Assembly: GCA_963575745.1 (NCBI GenBank)
Contig: CAUYUJ010000214.1
Location: 124,001-188,000, forward strand
DNA from: Prorocentrum cordatum
Lineage: Eukaryota
Direction: 5' to 3'
Length of the DNA stretch: 64,000 nucleotides
Shown: one piece after another, positions 13,926-27,149 of the stretch
Layout of the letters: the number at the start of each line of letters is the position of its first letter
Numbering within the stretch: the first letter of the stretch is position 1
Program-made: the position numbers and the translations under genes
Notes under the pieces: generated by a model
The model's database searches: none
The model's input: the letters and a program-made list of their open reading frames with translations, nothing else
Told to the model about the DNA's origin: nothing

Positions 13926-15474
13926 AGCGACGACAAGGCGGGGACCTTGACGGCGACAAGGGTGGTGGCGACGTTGACGGCGGCGGCGGCGCGGCGGCGG
14001 TGGCCACGTGCTGCCAGCCGTGGGCGCGGCGGGCGCAGGCCCATTCTGCGCGCGCTGCGCTTGCTCCGTGGCCGCGCAGGCGCGCCCCTCCTCCCTGGGT
14101 GCTCAGGCCCCCCCCCCCCTCTGCAAAGGTGCCCCTTTTCGGGCCCCCAAGCGTCATGGCACCCCGCCCCTATCGGGCGACCAGGTAGGTGACCGAACAA
14201 ACATCGGTGACCGACAGCGTGCCCCAGGGTTGGACCGAGAGCGGAGGGTGCCCGAAGTTGTGACCGAGACTGTAGCTCGTCTCGGTTTCGGACCAAACAT
14301 TTCGGTCACACTTGGGCGCGGTCGGACAATTTGGGCGCCAGTTTCGGTCACACTCGGGCAGGACTGCGTGACAAACGGTACGGTGACCACACTGTGGTTA
14401 GTCAGTGGGCTTTTCTCTCTTCGGGGTGGGTTCCATCAGCTGCGCCTTGCCGAGAGCGTTCCAGGGGCGCCCGGATCGTCCCGAACGGCCGCTGGAGATC
14501 CGAGTTATGGTTTGCAAACCAAGCATAACGAGGAGGGCCGCTGTGGTGAGTCGGGGTGACCGCACGGTTTTGGCACTTGGGTCGTTCTTCGAGGATGCCT
14601 CGGGCAAATGGGGCATCCCCGGCCCCAGTTCCCCGAGGTGAGCCCGCCGTGTCGCCCGCCCTACGAGCTCCATTCGGCAGGACGCCTGCGGGCTCTCGCC
14701 GTGCTAGGCTTCGAGGCAAGACAATGAGGTGATGATGAAACGGTGATCGTTTTTTCATGCCTCGTTTTGCCGATCGGTGCGAGCTCCCAAACCCCCCCTC
14801 CCCCCCCCAAGGAGTGGATCGTGGCTGTTTTTGGGCGCCTGTTTCGAGCAGGTGGGGCCTCCCCCATGACGAACGCACTGCTGCAAGCAGTTGCACCAAG
14901 CAGAAGTCCGGAGCCAGACCCTTCCCCCTCCCCCCTCCCTTCCGCCCAATGTCGAAACGCCGGATAAAAACGCTCGCATGGAGGAGGGTGAGAAGCATGC
15001 CCGAGTCATGCTAAATGCGGCTTCGCGGATTCCGCCGGCCGATCCTTTTGTTGGAATCGCGTAAAAAAACACACACGAGTGAAACGCGCTTCCAGCCCAA
15101 CGCGAGGCCTACGCGCCTGACAGCTCCTGGGACACAGAAACCATGAGTGAGATGCACCCGCAGGGCTGCGAAAGCCTCGCTTCGGTGGACGACTCACGCA
15201 TTTCCTGCGCCCCCAGGCTTCTGAGACACGTAAAACACGAGGCGCTTCAGTTCGGCACATCCCTCACGCACTCCGTGCATCATGGGAGCTCTGCTGGCCC
15301 CAGAGATTGCTCCGCGAGGTCTCAATTTGGCACACCTCTCACACATTTCGTGCGTCAGGGACCTCCAGGGGCGATCCGCTGGCCTTCAGGATGGCTAAGT
15401 TGAGCTTGACTTCGGCACGCTCCTCAGGCAATTTCGTGCCTCTCGGACTCCCAGGAAATCTTAGCTAACCTTAA

Positions 15475-15634
15475 GTCGGGCATGTCCCTCTACAGGAGGA
15501 ATAGTTTAGAAAATAGTATGGGGACGATCATATATATATATATATATCAATTTTTGAGCATGTTTGGAATATGTTTGAGATGCTTCATTTTTTATGTTTC
15601 GTCCAAGGTCCGCCTGTAGGGGGACACGCCCAAC
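15475..15634. mobile_element. Small MITE-like element (family C) with ~22-bp imperfect TIRs and AT-rich core
   Basis: GTCGGGCATGTCCCTCTACAGG ... CCTGTAGGGGGACACGCCCAAC (19/22 inverted match). Related copies at about 38553-38745 and 47079-47230. Confidence 0.65.
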
Positions 15635-16979
15635 CGAAAGCTCCTCGGACGATTCAGGGGAGCTTCGATGAGGCACATCTCTCACGCACTTCGTGGCTCA
15701 TGGACCTCCAGAGACCCCCTGTTGGCCCCGAAGGCCACCTGCCCCCCCAAAGGACGCCAAGATGGCCCTGAGAAATATTGCAAAGAGTGGTACCGACCTT
15801 CGTCGAAGCCGTACCACGAACACCCACTGCTTGCAACATCTGCGTGCCTGTGCCTCCAGCATGCGTAAGGCGTGCTAAGAGGGACTTCGCGGATTCACCT
15901 GGCCGACGTTAGCAATCTCTCCTGGGGGCACGTACAAATACCAGTGAAACGTGCTCCCAGCGCTGGGCCAATGCGCGCCACAGCTCCTGGGACACATGCA
16001 AACACGACTCGTATTTTGTTGCGTAGTAAATGGGCCGCACGTGCGTTTCCCATGTGTTTCACGGTCAGATTTTGCAGCCGTAGCAAGCAGGACGCTTAAA
16101 ACTCCTTTAACTTTAGGGCGCGAAAAACAACACGTTGCAAGACCCCCAAACACGAGTGAGGTGCGTCATCAGGGCTGCCAACGCCTCCTTCCGTCGTGCC
16201 CCATCACGCATCTCTTGCCAGACACTGCCCTGCTCCGCGTAAGCATGCGAGTGATTATGCCCCTCCTGGCTGCGACATTGTGATTTCGGTTCGCCCCTGC
16301 GTTTCCTGCTCCACTCTCTACGGGCACACATGAGAGCACGAGTGATCTGCGCTCCCAGGGCCACGAGGGGTTAATTCTAAATACTCCTGACGCCTTTCAG
16401 TTACCCAATGCTATTGGGACACGTGAGAATTCGAACGTTCTGCTCTCCCAGGCTCCAGAGACATCTTAAACCACAACTTGCAACTTCCCCGGCCCATCGA
16501 CAACAAGGAATGATATGAGGTGTGCCGAAAGTAGTGTGAGTAGTGTGATAACAGTACTGCAAGGGAGGGTGCCCGGCGGATATCCGTATCGTTCGAAGTG
16601 TGCATTGCTGGCTCGCAGAGCGGAGGTCCAACATGGCCAGGAGGAATTGTACCGGGAAGGAGGAGCAAAAGGACACGTCGGGGTGGAACACCAATCACCT
16701 CGGCAGAAACAGCGCGATGATGGAGCACGGGCAAGATAAGGTTACAGTGGCGGCTACGCAACCGGACGATGTGGTGCCGCGTGGTTCGATGCCGAACTGC
16801 TCAACACACGCAGAGCCGACGCTCTGCGTTGCTGCCCTGCAGCGCCTCGGAAAAAGTAGCAGCTCCCGCTGCTAGTGTCAGAAAAAGGTCAGGGCCCAGC
16901 TTGCTCGGCCAGCCTCTCCGCTCCCTCCCCGACTTTTTTACTGTGAGCGCCAAGCACGCGCAGGCGCGCCTCCCAGCCC

Positions 16980-17853
16980 TCGACGGTGGTGGCAGTTTCG
17001 CGTGTCGCAGCCCCCCCCTGGGATGGCGAGGTGCCATTCGGGTCTGCGTGGGGCCCGACTGTGCTGGCTCCCCCAGCAACCTTCGGAACTGACGACAGTT
17101 TCACACTTCGCAGCCCCCTCCTCCCCCAGGGATGGCGAGGTCCCGTCGGGGTCTGCGTGGGGCCCCACTGTGCTGGCCCCCCGCAGCCATCGAAAGTTGC
17201 GACCGTTTTACTCATCGCAGCCCCCCCCCCCCCAGGGATGGCGAGGTCCCGTTTGGGCATGCGTGGGACCCCACTGCAGCCCCCCCAGGGATGGCGAGGT
17301 TTTGTTTGGGTCTGCTTGGGGCCCCACTGTGCTGCCCCCCCCCCCCAGCAGCCATCTCAAGTGGCGACCGCTTTACTCATCGCAGCCCCCCCACCCAGGG
17401 ACGGCGATGTCCCGCTGGGGTTTGCGTCGGGCCCCATTGTGCTGCCCCCCCCCGCATCTTTCGAAAGCGGCGGCAGTTTCATACTTCGCAGCACCCCCAG
17501 GGCTGGCGAGGTCCCGTTTGGGTCTGCGTGGGACCCCAATGTGCTGGCTCCCCCAGCAGCCTTCGACAATGGCGACAGTCGCGACAGTTTCACACTTCGC
17601 AGCCCCCCCCCTCCCCCCGGGGATGGCGAGGTCCCGTCGGGGTTTGCGTGGGGCCCCTGCGTTGTGCCCGCCCCACCCGCCCCCCCCCCCCCTCAGCAGC
17701 GATCGAAAGTGGCGACACTTTTATTCTTCGCAGCCCCCCCCCCAGGGATGGCGAGGTCCGTTTGGTCTGCGCGTGGGGCCCCAGTGCTGTGCCCCCCCCT
17801 CCCACCCGCTCTCAGCAGCCTCCGGCAGTGGCGACAGTTTCACATTTCGCAGC
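16980..17853 (+). repeat. Minisatellite, about 8 units of ~110-125 bp
   Basis: Recurrent GGCGACAGTTTCACACTTCGCAGCCCCC..GGGATGGCGAGGTCCCGTTTGGGTCTGCGTGGGGCCCC. Confidence 0.85.
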
Positions 17854-20029
17854 CCCCAACAAAGATGTGAGACGAGAGGAGCGCGGGGGCGGGGGACGGG
17901 ATGAAAAGGAGAAGGAGGATGGAGTCGGCACCCCATTGTTCTTTTCAAAACGAGAACTGAACCAAGGGAGTGCTGGAACATACCCGATCCGGGCCTCGAG
18001 GCTCCTGGGTGATGTGAAGATACACTTGAGTTGCTCTTCCATGTCGATGGGGACCCAGGAACCTCAATCCAGCACTCCCCTTACGCACACCGTGCCCCGT
18101 GGAAGCTAACAGGCCTTCAGCTGGCTTCCAGGACCGTCTGCCTCCCCAAGGGGTGCAGGGAAGCCCAAGCGAAGCATCGCAACGACAGGTGCCGACCCTC
18201 GCCGAGGCAATACCCGACACCCACTGGTTGCAACACCTGCGTGCAAGCTTCCCCCCGGGGAGGGAGGGGCGCCGTGCCTCCCGCTGTGCGGGCTCAATAG
18301 TCCCTCGTGGTCCCCCGCACCGTGTTCTTGTAGTGTCCCGTGCGGCGCGGTCTCCCTCCTGATTATCTGGAGTATTCTCTATACGACTCTTCACTTTCTA
18401 TATTATCCTCTCTCGTGTTCTTCGTTGGTGTTCCAAGTGGCAATTGAGGCTCTTTGCCGCCAGCGCTTTTCGTACGACGAATGTCGGTGATACGTCTGCG
18501 TTCGCAGGAGGTGGTTCAATGAGGGTGTATTTTGACACGCGCGAGGGGCTTTCGGAGTTTGAGACAGGGCGGTGGCAGAATGCACTGCGCATGTGAAATA
18601 ATTGGGTTGCATACAAATCATCGCGCGGAGGGTGGTGGAACAGGGAGACGAAGGAGGAGGAAGAGGAGGAGGAGGAGGAAAGAGGAGGAGGAGGAGGAGG
18701 AGGAGGAGGAGGAGGAGGAGGAGGAGGAGGAGGAGGAGGAGGAGACGGAGAGGCCGTCGGCCAAACGAAGGATAGGACACCTTGTGGCAAATTCTTGGCG
18801 CTTCGCGTATCCTCACCAGCGCCCGTCGGTCTAGTTCGTCTCTGACGGTGCTGTTTGTCTGACTCACACCGAGCGATCGACCTCTGCGTGTTCATGGTCG
18901 CGCCGCCACGTCATTTTGGCTGCGCTTACTTGCTGGTCGCCAGCTGATTTCCACGCCACCGGGTTTGGGAGTATCTGTTCTGGCTCTCCTTCTGAGTGGC
19001 TGCCCGCTCGCTCGCTTCGCTTCCCTTTCTTCTCCTGCTGCCTAGTCGCGGCCCGACTAGTGTTCGGACGGCTTTCGACCCGCCTCGCGAGCTTGTTGAC
19101 CAAAAAGCGTATCCTCACCAGCCGGTCTTCCTCGACGTGGACGTGGAGTTGGCCCCGGATCCCACCATTTTGGTGCTGCGCGCCGCCTGGAAGGACATCC
19201 TGGTGTGCGCCCTCCTGTGAGCGGCAACGAGGCCCGCCTCTTGTTTGCCCCCCTCCCGGTTGGTCTTTGTTTTTTTCGCCTTTCCTTTTGCTTTGCGCTA
19301 ATTTAGGCCGCTGCTTGTCTGCACCGCCCCCTGACGCCGCCCCACCTTTCGCCGCGGTCGCGATCAAAAAAGTATCTTCACCAGCTCTCGGTCACGGTAG
19401 CTGGGTGACACTGCCGCCTGGCGCGGTCGCCTGATCCAGCTTGTTCCGCCTACCCGGGTGCCGTCTGTGCTATTTCACGGGGCCCACCTGCGCGTCACCG
19501 TTGCCCTCTTCGGCCACCTGTTAGCCTTCCTCGTGCCGCTTTGGCCGCGTCTTCTACGCTGGCACAGCGGTGATCGTTCTGTTCGCCACCACATTCCGTC
19601 TCCGTCTTTTTCGGCGTCCTCGTGCTGATGGGCGTTTCCTGTATTTCCTGTTCGCCAAGTTTGCCGCGCTCATGTGGTTTGTCTTCGGCGCGCTCTTATG
19701 CTGCTACCCGCCTGGTCGGTTTCGCGGCTCCTCGCGTGCCGTCGCCTGCACTGCTTTTCACTTCGCTACCGGCGCTGCCCGCCGTAGCACGCTCGGCGTT
19801 CGACCCGTCCCGCGCGCCCGCTGACCCAAACAACTATCTTCGCCAGCTCACTCAGAGACGCCAGGGGAGTTGCCTTGATCAGGGAATTGTAGACGAATGT
19901 GGTGTAACAGCCGCCTTGGAAGCGTTTTCTCGGAGGCCTCTTGGAACCATCTTGGGTTTCTCATGGAGTCCCCACGGAGTACTATTGAGCCCCTTTGAGG
20001 GGGTCTTTGGGGCCAGGGGATGGGGGGCC

Positions 20030-20480
20030 AGAGCCAGGGGGACGACGACGAACCACGAACCACGAAATAAAGGGGTCCGGGGCGAGGAGGGCTGGGGCCA
20101 AGGCCAGGGTCGGGGCGAGTGGGGCCAAGGCCAGGGGACAAGCTGAGTTCAGCCAGGGCTAGAAGCTTGGGGCTCGGACCAGGGGCCAGAGGTCTGGGTT
20201 GGGGCGAGGGGGCGAGGGGAAACGGGCCACAGCCAGGAAAATGGGGGCGAGGGGGCGAAGGGAAGCGGGCCACAGCCAAGGGGACGACGACGAACCACGA
20301 ACCACGAACAAAAAATCCGGGGCGAGGGGAGCTGGGGCCAACGGGGCCAGAGCCAGGAGGACGACGACGAACCACGAACCACGAAAACCAAGGGTCCGGG
20401 GCGAGGAGGGCTGGGGCCAAGGCCAGGGTCGGGGCGAGTGGGGCCAAGGCCAGGGGACAGGCTGAGTTCAGCCAGGGCCA
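20030..20480 (+). repeat. Tandem repeat containing GACGACGACGAACCACGAACCACGAA units
   Basis: Three copies of the core (about 20041, 20283, 20360) and two near-identical GGGGCCAAGGCCAGGG...GCTGAGTTCAGCCAGGG blocks. Confidence 0.8.
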
Positions 20481-23029
20481 GAGGTCACCAGGTCTGGGGC
20501 ACGGACCGTGCGGTGAGGTCTGTTGGACCGAGGGCACCGTGCGGTCTGTCTCTGCGCCGTTTCGGGACCCCCGTGTCCTCGGGTCAGCAAGGTGGGGGCG
20601 CCGGTGTGGCGACGCCGCGGGCGAGTGATCACCGCCGCTTGCCAGCTTGCAGCAACACCGCGGCGGTTCGGTCGGTTCGGCTGCGTCGCAGTCGGTTGCG
20701 TTGGGTCGGTTCGGTTCGGTCGGTCGTTGTGTCGTTGCTGCGTTGCTGCGCCCTTCTAGCCTGCTTGCGACCTCTCGGTCCCGGTTCCGCCGTTGGTTCC
20801 GCTGTCGGTTCGGTCAGTTTTCGGCTGTGCTGTCGCTGTGGACCGTGGACTGCCTTGCTTTCTCGGCCCGTCTCGTTTCTGGCTCCAGGAGGAGGCTCGA
20901 AGTTCGAGGATGGATGTTTCATACTTGTGTTGTCGTGTTTCGGCCTCCAGGCGGCCATTCATCGCCACGGCGGCATTCCCCCAGAATCTCTTGTCAAGAT
21001 GCCCTGCAGGCCGAGGGCCCAATTTCAGTGCGAAGTGGAAGTGGAGGAGGAGTTGGAGGAGTTGGAGGAGGACGAGGGGGTTATGGGGAGGCAGAGGAGT
21101 TGGAAGGGCTGGAGGGGCTGGAGGATGAGGATGAGGGGGTATGGGGAGGCAGAGGAGTTGGAGTGGTTGGAGGGGTTGGAGGATGAGGAAGAGAACGAGG
21201 AGTGGGAGGAGCTGGAGATGGAGTCGGAGCTGGGTGGAGGAGGCAAAAAGGCGGAAGGCATGCAGCGGCCCAGGGCCGCGCTCCGCGCAGGGCCCGAGGG
21301 GCGCGCCGGGCCCTGCGGCGCCAGAGGCCCCCGGCCGAGGCCCGCGGCACCACGGCTCAGCGCTCTGAGCCCCTCCAGGCCTCGGGGGCGTGAGCGCCCC
21401 CAGCGCTCCGAGCCGAGCCGCCCCAGCCAGTGGCGACGGCGGCAGCCGACGGCCGGAGTCTCCGGGAGGCGGTGGTGGATGCGGAGGGTCGCCGAGCGCG
21501 CTGCACTGCTCGCAGGGTGCCTCCTCGCAAGCGTCAGGAAAAAGAGCGCATGTCTGCATCGGTGTAGTGGACCGTTGATGCCCCATGGCGGATCCAGGCC
21601 ATCTGCGAGCAGTAGCTTTGCGAGGTAGTGGAACGCGCTTCTCCAGAGATCCTCCTCCTCCTCCTCCTCCTCCTCCTCCTCCTCCTCCTCCTCCTCCTGG
21701 GGCTCCCGCCCCGCCCCCGCCCTCGGCACCGCCGCCTCGCTGCTCACCGCCGGGCGTCCCGAGGACCTCGCCGGAGCACGGAGCTCCGCCCACCGCGACC
21801 ACGAGCGGCTCTCCTCCTCCTCTCCTCCTCCTCCTCCTCCTCCTCCCTCCTCCTCCTCCTCCTCCCCTCCTCCCCCTCCTTCTCCTCCCCTCCTCCCCCT
21901 CCTCCTCCTCCCCTCCCCCTCCTCCTCCCCCTCCTCCTACTCCTCCTTCTCCTCCTCCCCCTCCTCCTCCTCCTCCTCCTCCGCCTCCTCCTCCTCCTCG
22001 GTTGGGCCCCACTCCCCGCCGCGCAGTCTCGCGCTCGGGCACCCTCAGGGCAGCTCCTGGTCGGTCGGCGACAGCAGGCTGTCGACGTGCGCGGTGGACC
22101 AGCCGCCAGCACGCCCCTCCCCCCCCGTAGCCTTGGCGCCACCCTCGAGGACGATCGCAATTCTGCCGTGCCCTGCGCTGCGCCCCTGGCATGGCGGCTT
22201 CCCTGCACGATGCCGTGACCTTCGACGCTGGGTTGAGTCATCGGCTTTGCCCAGGGCGGGTGGTCGGCTGGGCCTGACCTACACGATGAGGCCTCGGGCC
22301 GTCAGACGAAGGGAAAGCCGCTCGGTGCTCACTCGCAGCCCGAGCCTGCGGGGGCTATCTGAAAGCTGCGCTGTACCCGCGCCCGCAAACTTCGACCAGG
22401 CGGACCAGGCGGATGGGCGCGCCACCCCGCGCCGCCCCCGCTCTGGGCGGCTCTTGTTTTCCACAAGGGGCAGAGCGGCCGCTGCTGGCTCACTGGGGGC
22501 TGGCGTGTACACCGTTGGGTCTGGCACTCCATCCGCCAGCCCCAAGAGCGCGGGATCCTGCAGCAGCGCTCGCTCCGCCGCTTCGGGTGGGTCTGGCGTG
22601 TCTCTGGGCTCCAGGGCCTGCTGTTGAGCTGTCGGCCGTGTCCCAGCGCGACGTGCTGCTGGCAGCGCGACGGCAGTGACTTCGCTTCCCTCGCCTTCAG
22701 GTTCTGGTGCGCTTCCAGCACGCTGCTGCTCATCGTAGCCAACTCGGGGGGGTTGCGTGGGCCGTCTGCGCCAGGCTGCGGCCACGCCCCGGTGGTGTCG
22801 GCCCTCCTTCGGCACCTCCCTGGGCGATGCCAGCGCTCACCTCGTGGCCCACTGCTGACCCCTGAGAGCCAGCGTCCCGAAAAAGGTGCCGCATCGCCTT
22901 TTCTTTCTGCCGCACTTCTCGAGCCAGATCGACCTGTGACGATCCTGGGTCCCGGAACCAGGCGAAGACGCCCAGTGTGAAGATCGCCTAGACGTAAGAG
23001 TGACCTTTCGCCGGAGTGGCCTTTGGTGC

Positions 23030-23150
23030 GGTTCTAATGTGGTCCCCCGATCGCCGAACGCGATGCGACAGTAGCGTCTTGCGCGCTTGTGCTTGGTCCT
23101 CCCGCGTCCCCCCGTTGAGCTGCGCACCACAGGTCACTCTTGCCTAGGGC
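23030..23150 (+). repeat. Dispersed repeat (family D); second copy at about 51760-51870
   Basis: Shared TCCCCCGATCGC.GAACGCGA.GCG..AG..G.CTTGCGC...GCTTGG.C.CCCGCGTCCCCC. Confidence 0.65.
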
Positions 23151-24343
23151 CGCTCGGCGAGAAGAGACGGCACCGCCCGGACCTCGAGAGCAGCCAGTGG
23201 CCCCTGCGCATTTTTCTCCCTCCCCGGGGGGGGGGCGTGTACATTGCATGCGATGCCCGGTGCCTTGGCGTCCTACTTTTTGTTCTGCTTTCGCCTGCGC
23301 GCTTCGGCGTATGGCTAAGCGTAGAGTAGCGGGGGGGGGGGCGTGCTGCCCTGCGGCGCGTGCCCGATGACGCGCGCTCAGAGCTCGGGGGCCCTTTCCG
23401 CCGCGCGTGCGCGAATACCGCCGGCGCGGCACGCTGGCAGCCCCCCCCGCCCTGCTTCGCAGATCCCTGGCAGTCACTACAGTGGAAACTCGTGCCAAGA
23501 AACACCCTGCTTGCCTCCAGGGTGCTCTGGGGTTCTTGGTTTCGTCGATGGTTTCGCTATAGACGGCGGTCAGTTCCCATATCAAATTCCATGGGCGTCC
23601 TGGGGTCTCAGGGTTGGGATTCTAGTGGAAGGTTTCTTGTGGTCGAACTCCTATTGTATTCCAAGAGACGGGAGGTCCGAATTGAGACCATGGTTCTGTT
23701 CGCTCGATCGGGCTCAATCCCGGGTCACTCCGTGCCAAGCCGGCTTCGTGACCCCGCCAACAGGGCGTCATGGCATGCTCTCGCCCTTGCGGAGACCTCC
23801 TGGGAGTTGCCTCCCATCATGACGGCGCCGAGTGCCACCCACGCGCCCTTCCTCCTCTCTCTCCTCAGCCCCCCCCCCTTCCCCCTCTCGGGCGCCCTGG
23901 CTGGCGGAGAGAGCTGCCCCTCCGCCCGTCAGGTGCTGCCCTTCTGCGTCTGCCGGGCCCTCGTGGGCGCCTGGCGGGAGGAGGAGGCGCCCCGGCCCTG
24001 CCCGAGCGGTGGCGCGGAGGGGGAGGGGCCAGGAGGGGCGAGGGGGGAGGAAGGGGGAGAAGGGAGGGGCAAGCTAGGTGCGCGCGCGTCATATCTGACG
24101 TCCTACCCCTCCCTCCCATCCCTTACCATGGCGCTGATTTTCTCTATCCGCGGACTAGTGGGTGGTGGTGGTGCGCGTGCGTGCGTGCGTGCGTGTGTGC
24201 GTGGTTGTGATGGTGGTGGTGGTGGTGGTGGTGCTGGTGCTGGTGCTGGTGCTGGTGGTGGTGGTGGTGGTGCTGCTGCTGCTGGTGGTGCTGGTGGTGC
24301 TGGTGGTGGTGGTGGTGGTGGTGGTGGTGGTGGTGGTGGTGGT

Positions 24344-24380
<37 letters not shown>

Positions 24381-24407
24381 GTGCGCGTGTGCTGTGGCAT
24401 GGCACGG

Positions 24408-24582
24408 GAAATGACGCCAGCGCTGCAGCGGGAGCACGAGTCGAAACGAGCGGAAGCGCGGAAATGAGGCCAGCGCTGCAGCGGGAGCACGATTCGGAAC
24501 AAGCGGAAGCACGGAAATGAGGCCAGCGCTGCAGCGGGAGCACGATTCGGAACGAGCGGGGCCCGAAAATGAGGCCAGCGCC
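24408..24582 (+). repeat. Tandem ~53-bp repeat, 3+ copies
   Basis: Repeated GAAATGAGGCCAGCGCTGCAGCGGGAGCACGATTCGGAAC. Confidence 0.85.
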
Positions 24583-25392
24583 TCGGCGAGAGCAGCATTT
24601 TGGAAAAAACTAGCGAAAACCCGTTTCCCGGGAATCCTGCGTGTAAAAAAACAATACGCGGGGGAGTGTCGGATATCTTCGGGACGCCATCAGGGGAAGT
24701 GGGAGAGTATTTTCATATTGTGTAATTGTGGAGGAGGGGGGAGGGGGGAGGGAGGAGGGAGGGGGGGGAGGGGGAGGAGGGGGGAGGGGCCAGGAGGGCG
24801 AGGGAGGGGGAGGGGGAGGAGGGAGGGGGAGGAGGGGGGAGAGGAGCTGGGAGGGAGGGGCGGAGGCGGGGGAGGGGAGGAGGCAGGGCGAGCAGCGGAG
24901 GAGGGGGGGGGAGGGGGATGGGGAGAGGAGGGGGAGGAAGAGGGGGGAGTAGGAGAGGAGAGAGGAGGAGGAGGAGAGGAGGAGAGGAGGAGAGGAGGAG
25001 GAGGAGGAGGAGGAGGCGGAGGGGAGGAGGAGGGGAGGAGGGGGGGAGGAGAGGCAGGAGGAGGGGCGAGGAGGGGGAGGATTGGAGGAGGAGGAGGGAG
25101 GCGAAGGAGGAGGAGGGAGGAGAGGAGGAGGAGGAGGAGGAGGAGGAGGAGGAGGAGGAGGAGGAGGAGGAGGAGGAGGGAGGGGGAGGAGAGGCAGGAA
25201 AGGGAGGAGGAGGCGAAGGAGGGGGAGGATTGTGAGGAGGAGGGGCAGTTTTACTATGCCGCTGCAGACTTTACCCGCCCACTGTCCTGGCCCCTCCTGC
25301 TGTCGCTCGTCCCTCCACGCTCCTCTCGCCCTTCCCGCTCCGCTGGGCCGCCGGCCTCTTCCCCCCTCCTCGGATGCTGTTGCCTGCTGGTG

Positions 25393-25394
<2 letters not shown>

Positions 25395-25460
<66 letters not shown>

Positions 25461-25550
25461 GCGTGCGTGCGTGCGTGCGTGCGTGTGCGTGCGTGCGTGC
25501 GTGCGTGCGTGCGTGTGCGTGTGTGCGTGTGTGCGTGCGTGTGTGCGTGC

Positions 25551-25600
<50 letters not shown>
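25395..25600 (+). repeat. (GT)n/(GCGT)n microsatellite
   Basis: Direct inspection. Confidence 0.95.
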
Positions 25601-25601
<1 letters not shown>

Positions 25602-26047
25602 GGGGGGGCCTGGTGTCCGCGTGCGGATGCTGGGCGCACGCGCCTCGCTGTGGCTGTGCGTCTGGCTCGGCACGGCGCCTGCTCCCTCTTCCCCCTCCTG
25701 GGTCGTTGCTGCTTGCTGATGGGCCGAGTGTGTGGCGGGTGTTTCTTTCGCGCCTCGTCTCCCCACGGCTCGGTGGGGAGCCAGAAAGGCACAGGCTGTG
25801 CACAAGCAGCCGCCGTACATGACCTCTGACGCCTGACCTCGCCTCTCCCCTCGCTTGCTGCAGCGACACGCCCTCAGCATTGTGCACCGGCCACTCGGCC
25901 AGCCACTCACTTGGCATCCGACCCTACGGGGGGGTCGGTATTGGGTGGAGGGTTTACGGTGGTGGTGTGGGAGGGCAGGCCGCTTCGAATTGGTTACGGC
26001 AGGCCAGCCAGGCACTGTAATGGCATCACAGGCCAGCCATTATATAT

Positions 26048-26082
<35 letters not shown>

Positions 26083-27052
26083 CAAGACTGCATTGGCGCT
26101 TCGCGCCATTCACCTTGGTCCTTAAAGTTCGGCATGCAGGCGGGATTGCAGGAAGGTCAAGCCGGCAATTTAGCGATAACTCCTTGTTGCCTTTTCCGGC
26201 ATCGTCGTTAACATAAGGTTATTCGTTATCCTTCCTCCATGCTTCTGTTTCTTCATTCTCGCCACACCCTGCGCTTTCTCCCCATCCTCCTCAGTTCTTT
26301 TTTGCGGAGGCTCCTCGGAGAGCCTCTGGGGGCCTCACAAAATTTGTCAGGCTTTCTGAAGGCCTTTTGGAGGCCTCCTGGGCATGTTCTGGGGTCCTCT
26401 GGGGGCTTTCTCGGGCCACCCTGCCTCCAACCGCGGTCTCCCTGAATGACTGGGTCACGATTTGGAATGCTTTAGAGCGTGTCTTCGGGCCATTTTGGGC
26501 CGCCATGGGGCACTCTTGGGGCCATCTTGGACCCCTGTTGTGCCGTTTTGGGGCTGTCTTGGACTGCCTGGAAGCCCTTTCGGATAGTTGTGGGGCGATT
26601 TTGGAGCCTCCCAGGCGGCTTCGGACGCCCAGAAGACCGCCGTCTTGGAGCGTCGGGAAGCCGAAAAGAGGATAACCCCAAATTGTCTCTTGGGTCCTCC
26701 TTGGGAGTGCTCTTGGAGGCCTCTTGGGACGCTTCGGAGCGATCTTTGGGGGTATGACGGCTTCCCTGGCGTCGTCGTGGACCGTATTGGGGCTCTCTGG
26801 GGTCGTTTCGGGAGCGCGCCGGAACGCCTGGAACCCGTCTCGGGCCGTCTTCGGGTGCTGGGAAGGCTTGGCGAAACGCCCTGCGAGGCCCGGGGAGCCG
26901 CTTCGAGGCTCGTCCAGAGGGTCCCAAAGCCCCAGATCCCGGGAGTCCGGTTTTGGAGGGGGGGGGGGTGATGGGTTTTCCCCCCGCCCGGGCTTTTTTA
27001 AATATATGTAAATATATAGGAAGAGGAATATATATATATAGGTACATGTATA

Positions 27053-27074
27053 TCCGTAGCCATTTTGGCTCAAG
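27053..27074 (+). other. Dinoflagellate spliced leader (DinoSL), perfect genomic copy at the 5' end of a retrocopy
   Basis: TCCGTAGCCATTTTGGCTCAAG is an exact match to the DinoSL consensus DCCGTAGCCATTTTGGCTCAAG. It is followed by a 75-nt UTR and an ATG at 27150, not by an SL-RNA intron. Confidence 0.97.
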
Positions 27075-27149
27075 CACCTTCAGCCTCGAGGACCTGCAGC
27101 ACGTTGTGCCCTCATCCGCCCCCTATTGTAGAAGCAGGCCGCCCGCGTC

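Noticed and set aside
16980..17853. Possible CRISPR array (also considered 20030-20480 and 24408-24582)
   Set aside because: Whole units repeat without unique spacers, there are no cas genes, and the context is eukaryotic.
18864..19434. Moderately protein-like ORFs (also 22279-22815, 44526-45125, 16401-16875)
   Set aside because: No recognisable motif or consistent codon bias; possibly decayed TE or exon fragments, but not supportable from the sequence alone.
27053..27120. SL RNA gene
   Set aside because: The SL is followed directly by an mRNA 5'UTR and CDS rather than a GT-starting SL-RNA intron, so this is a retrocopy.
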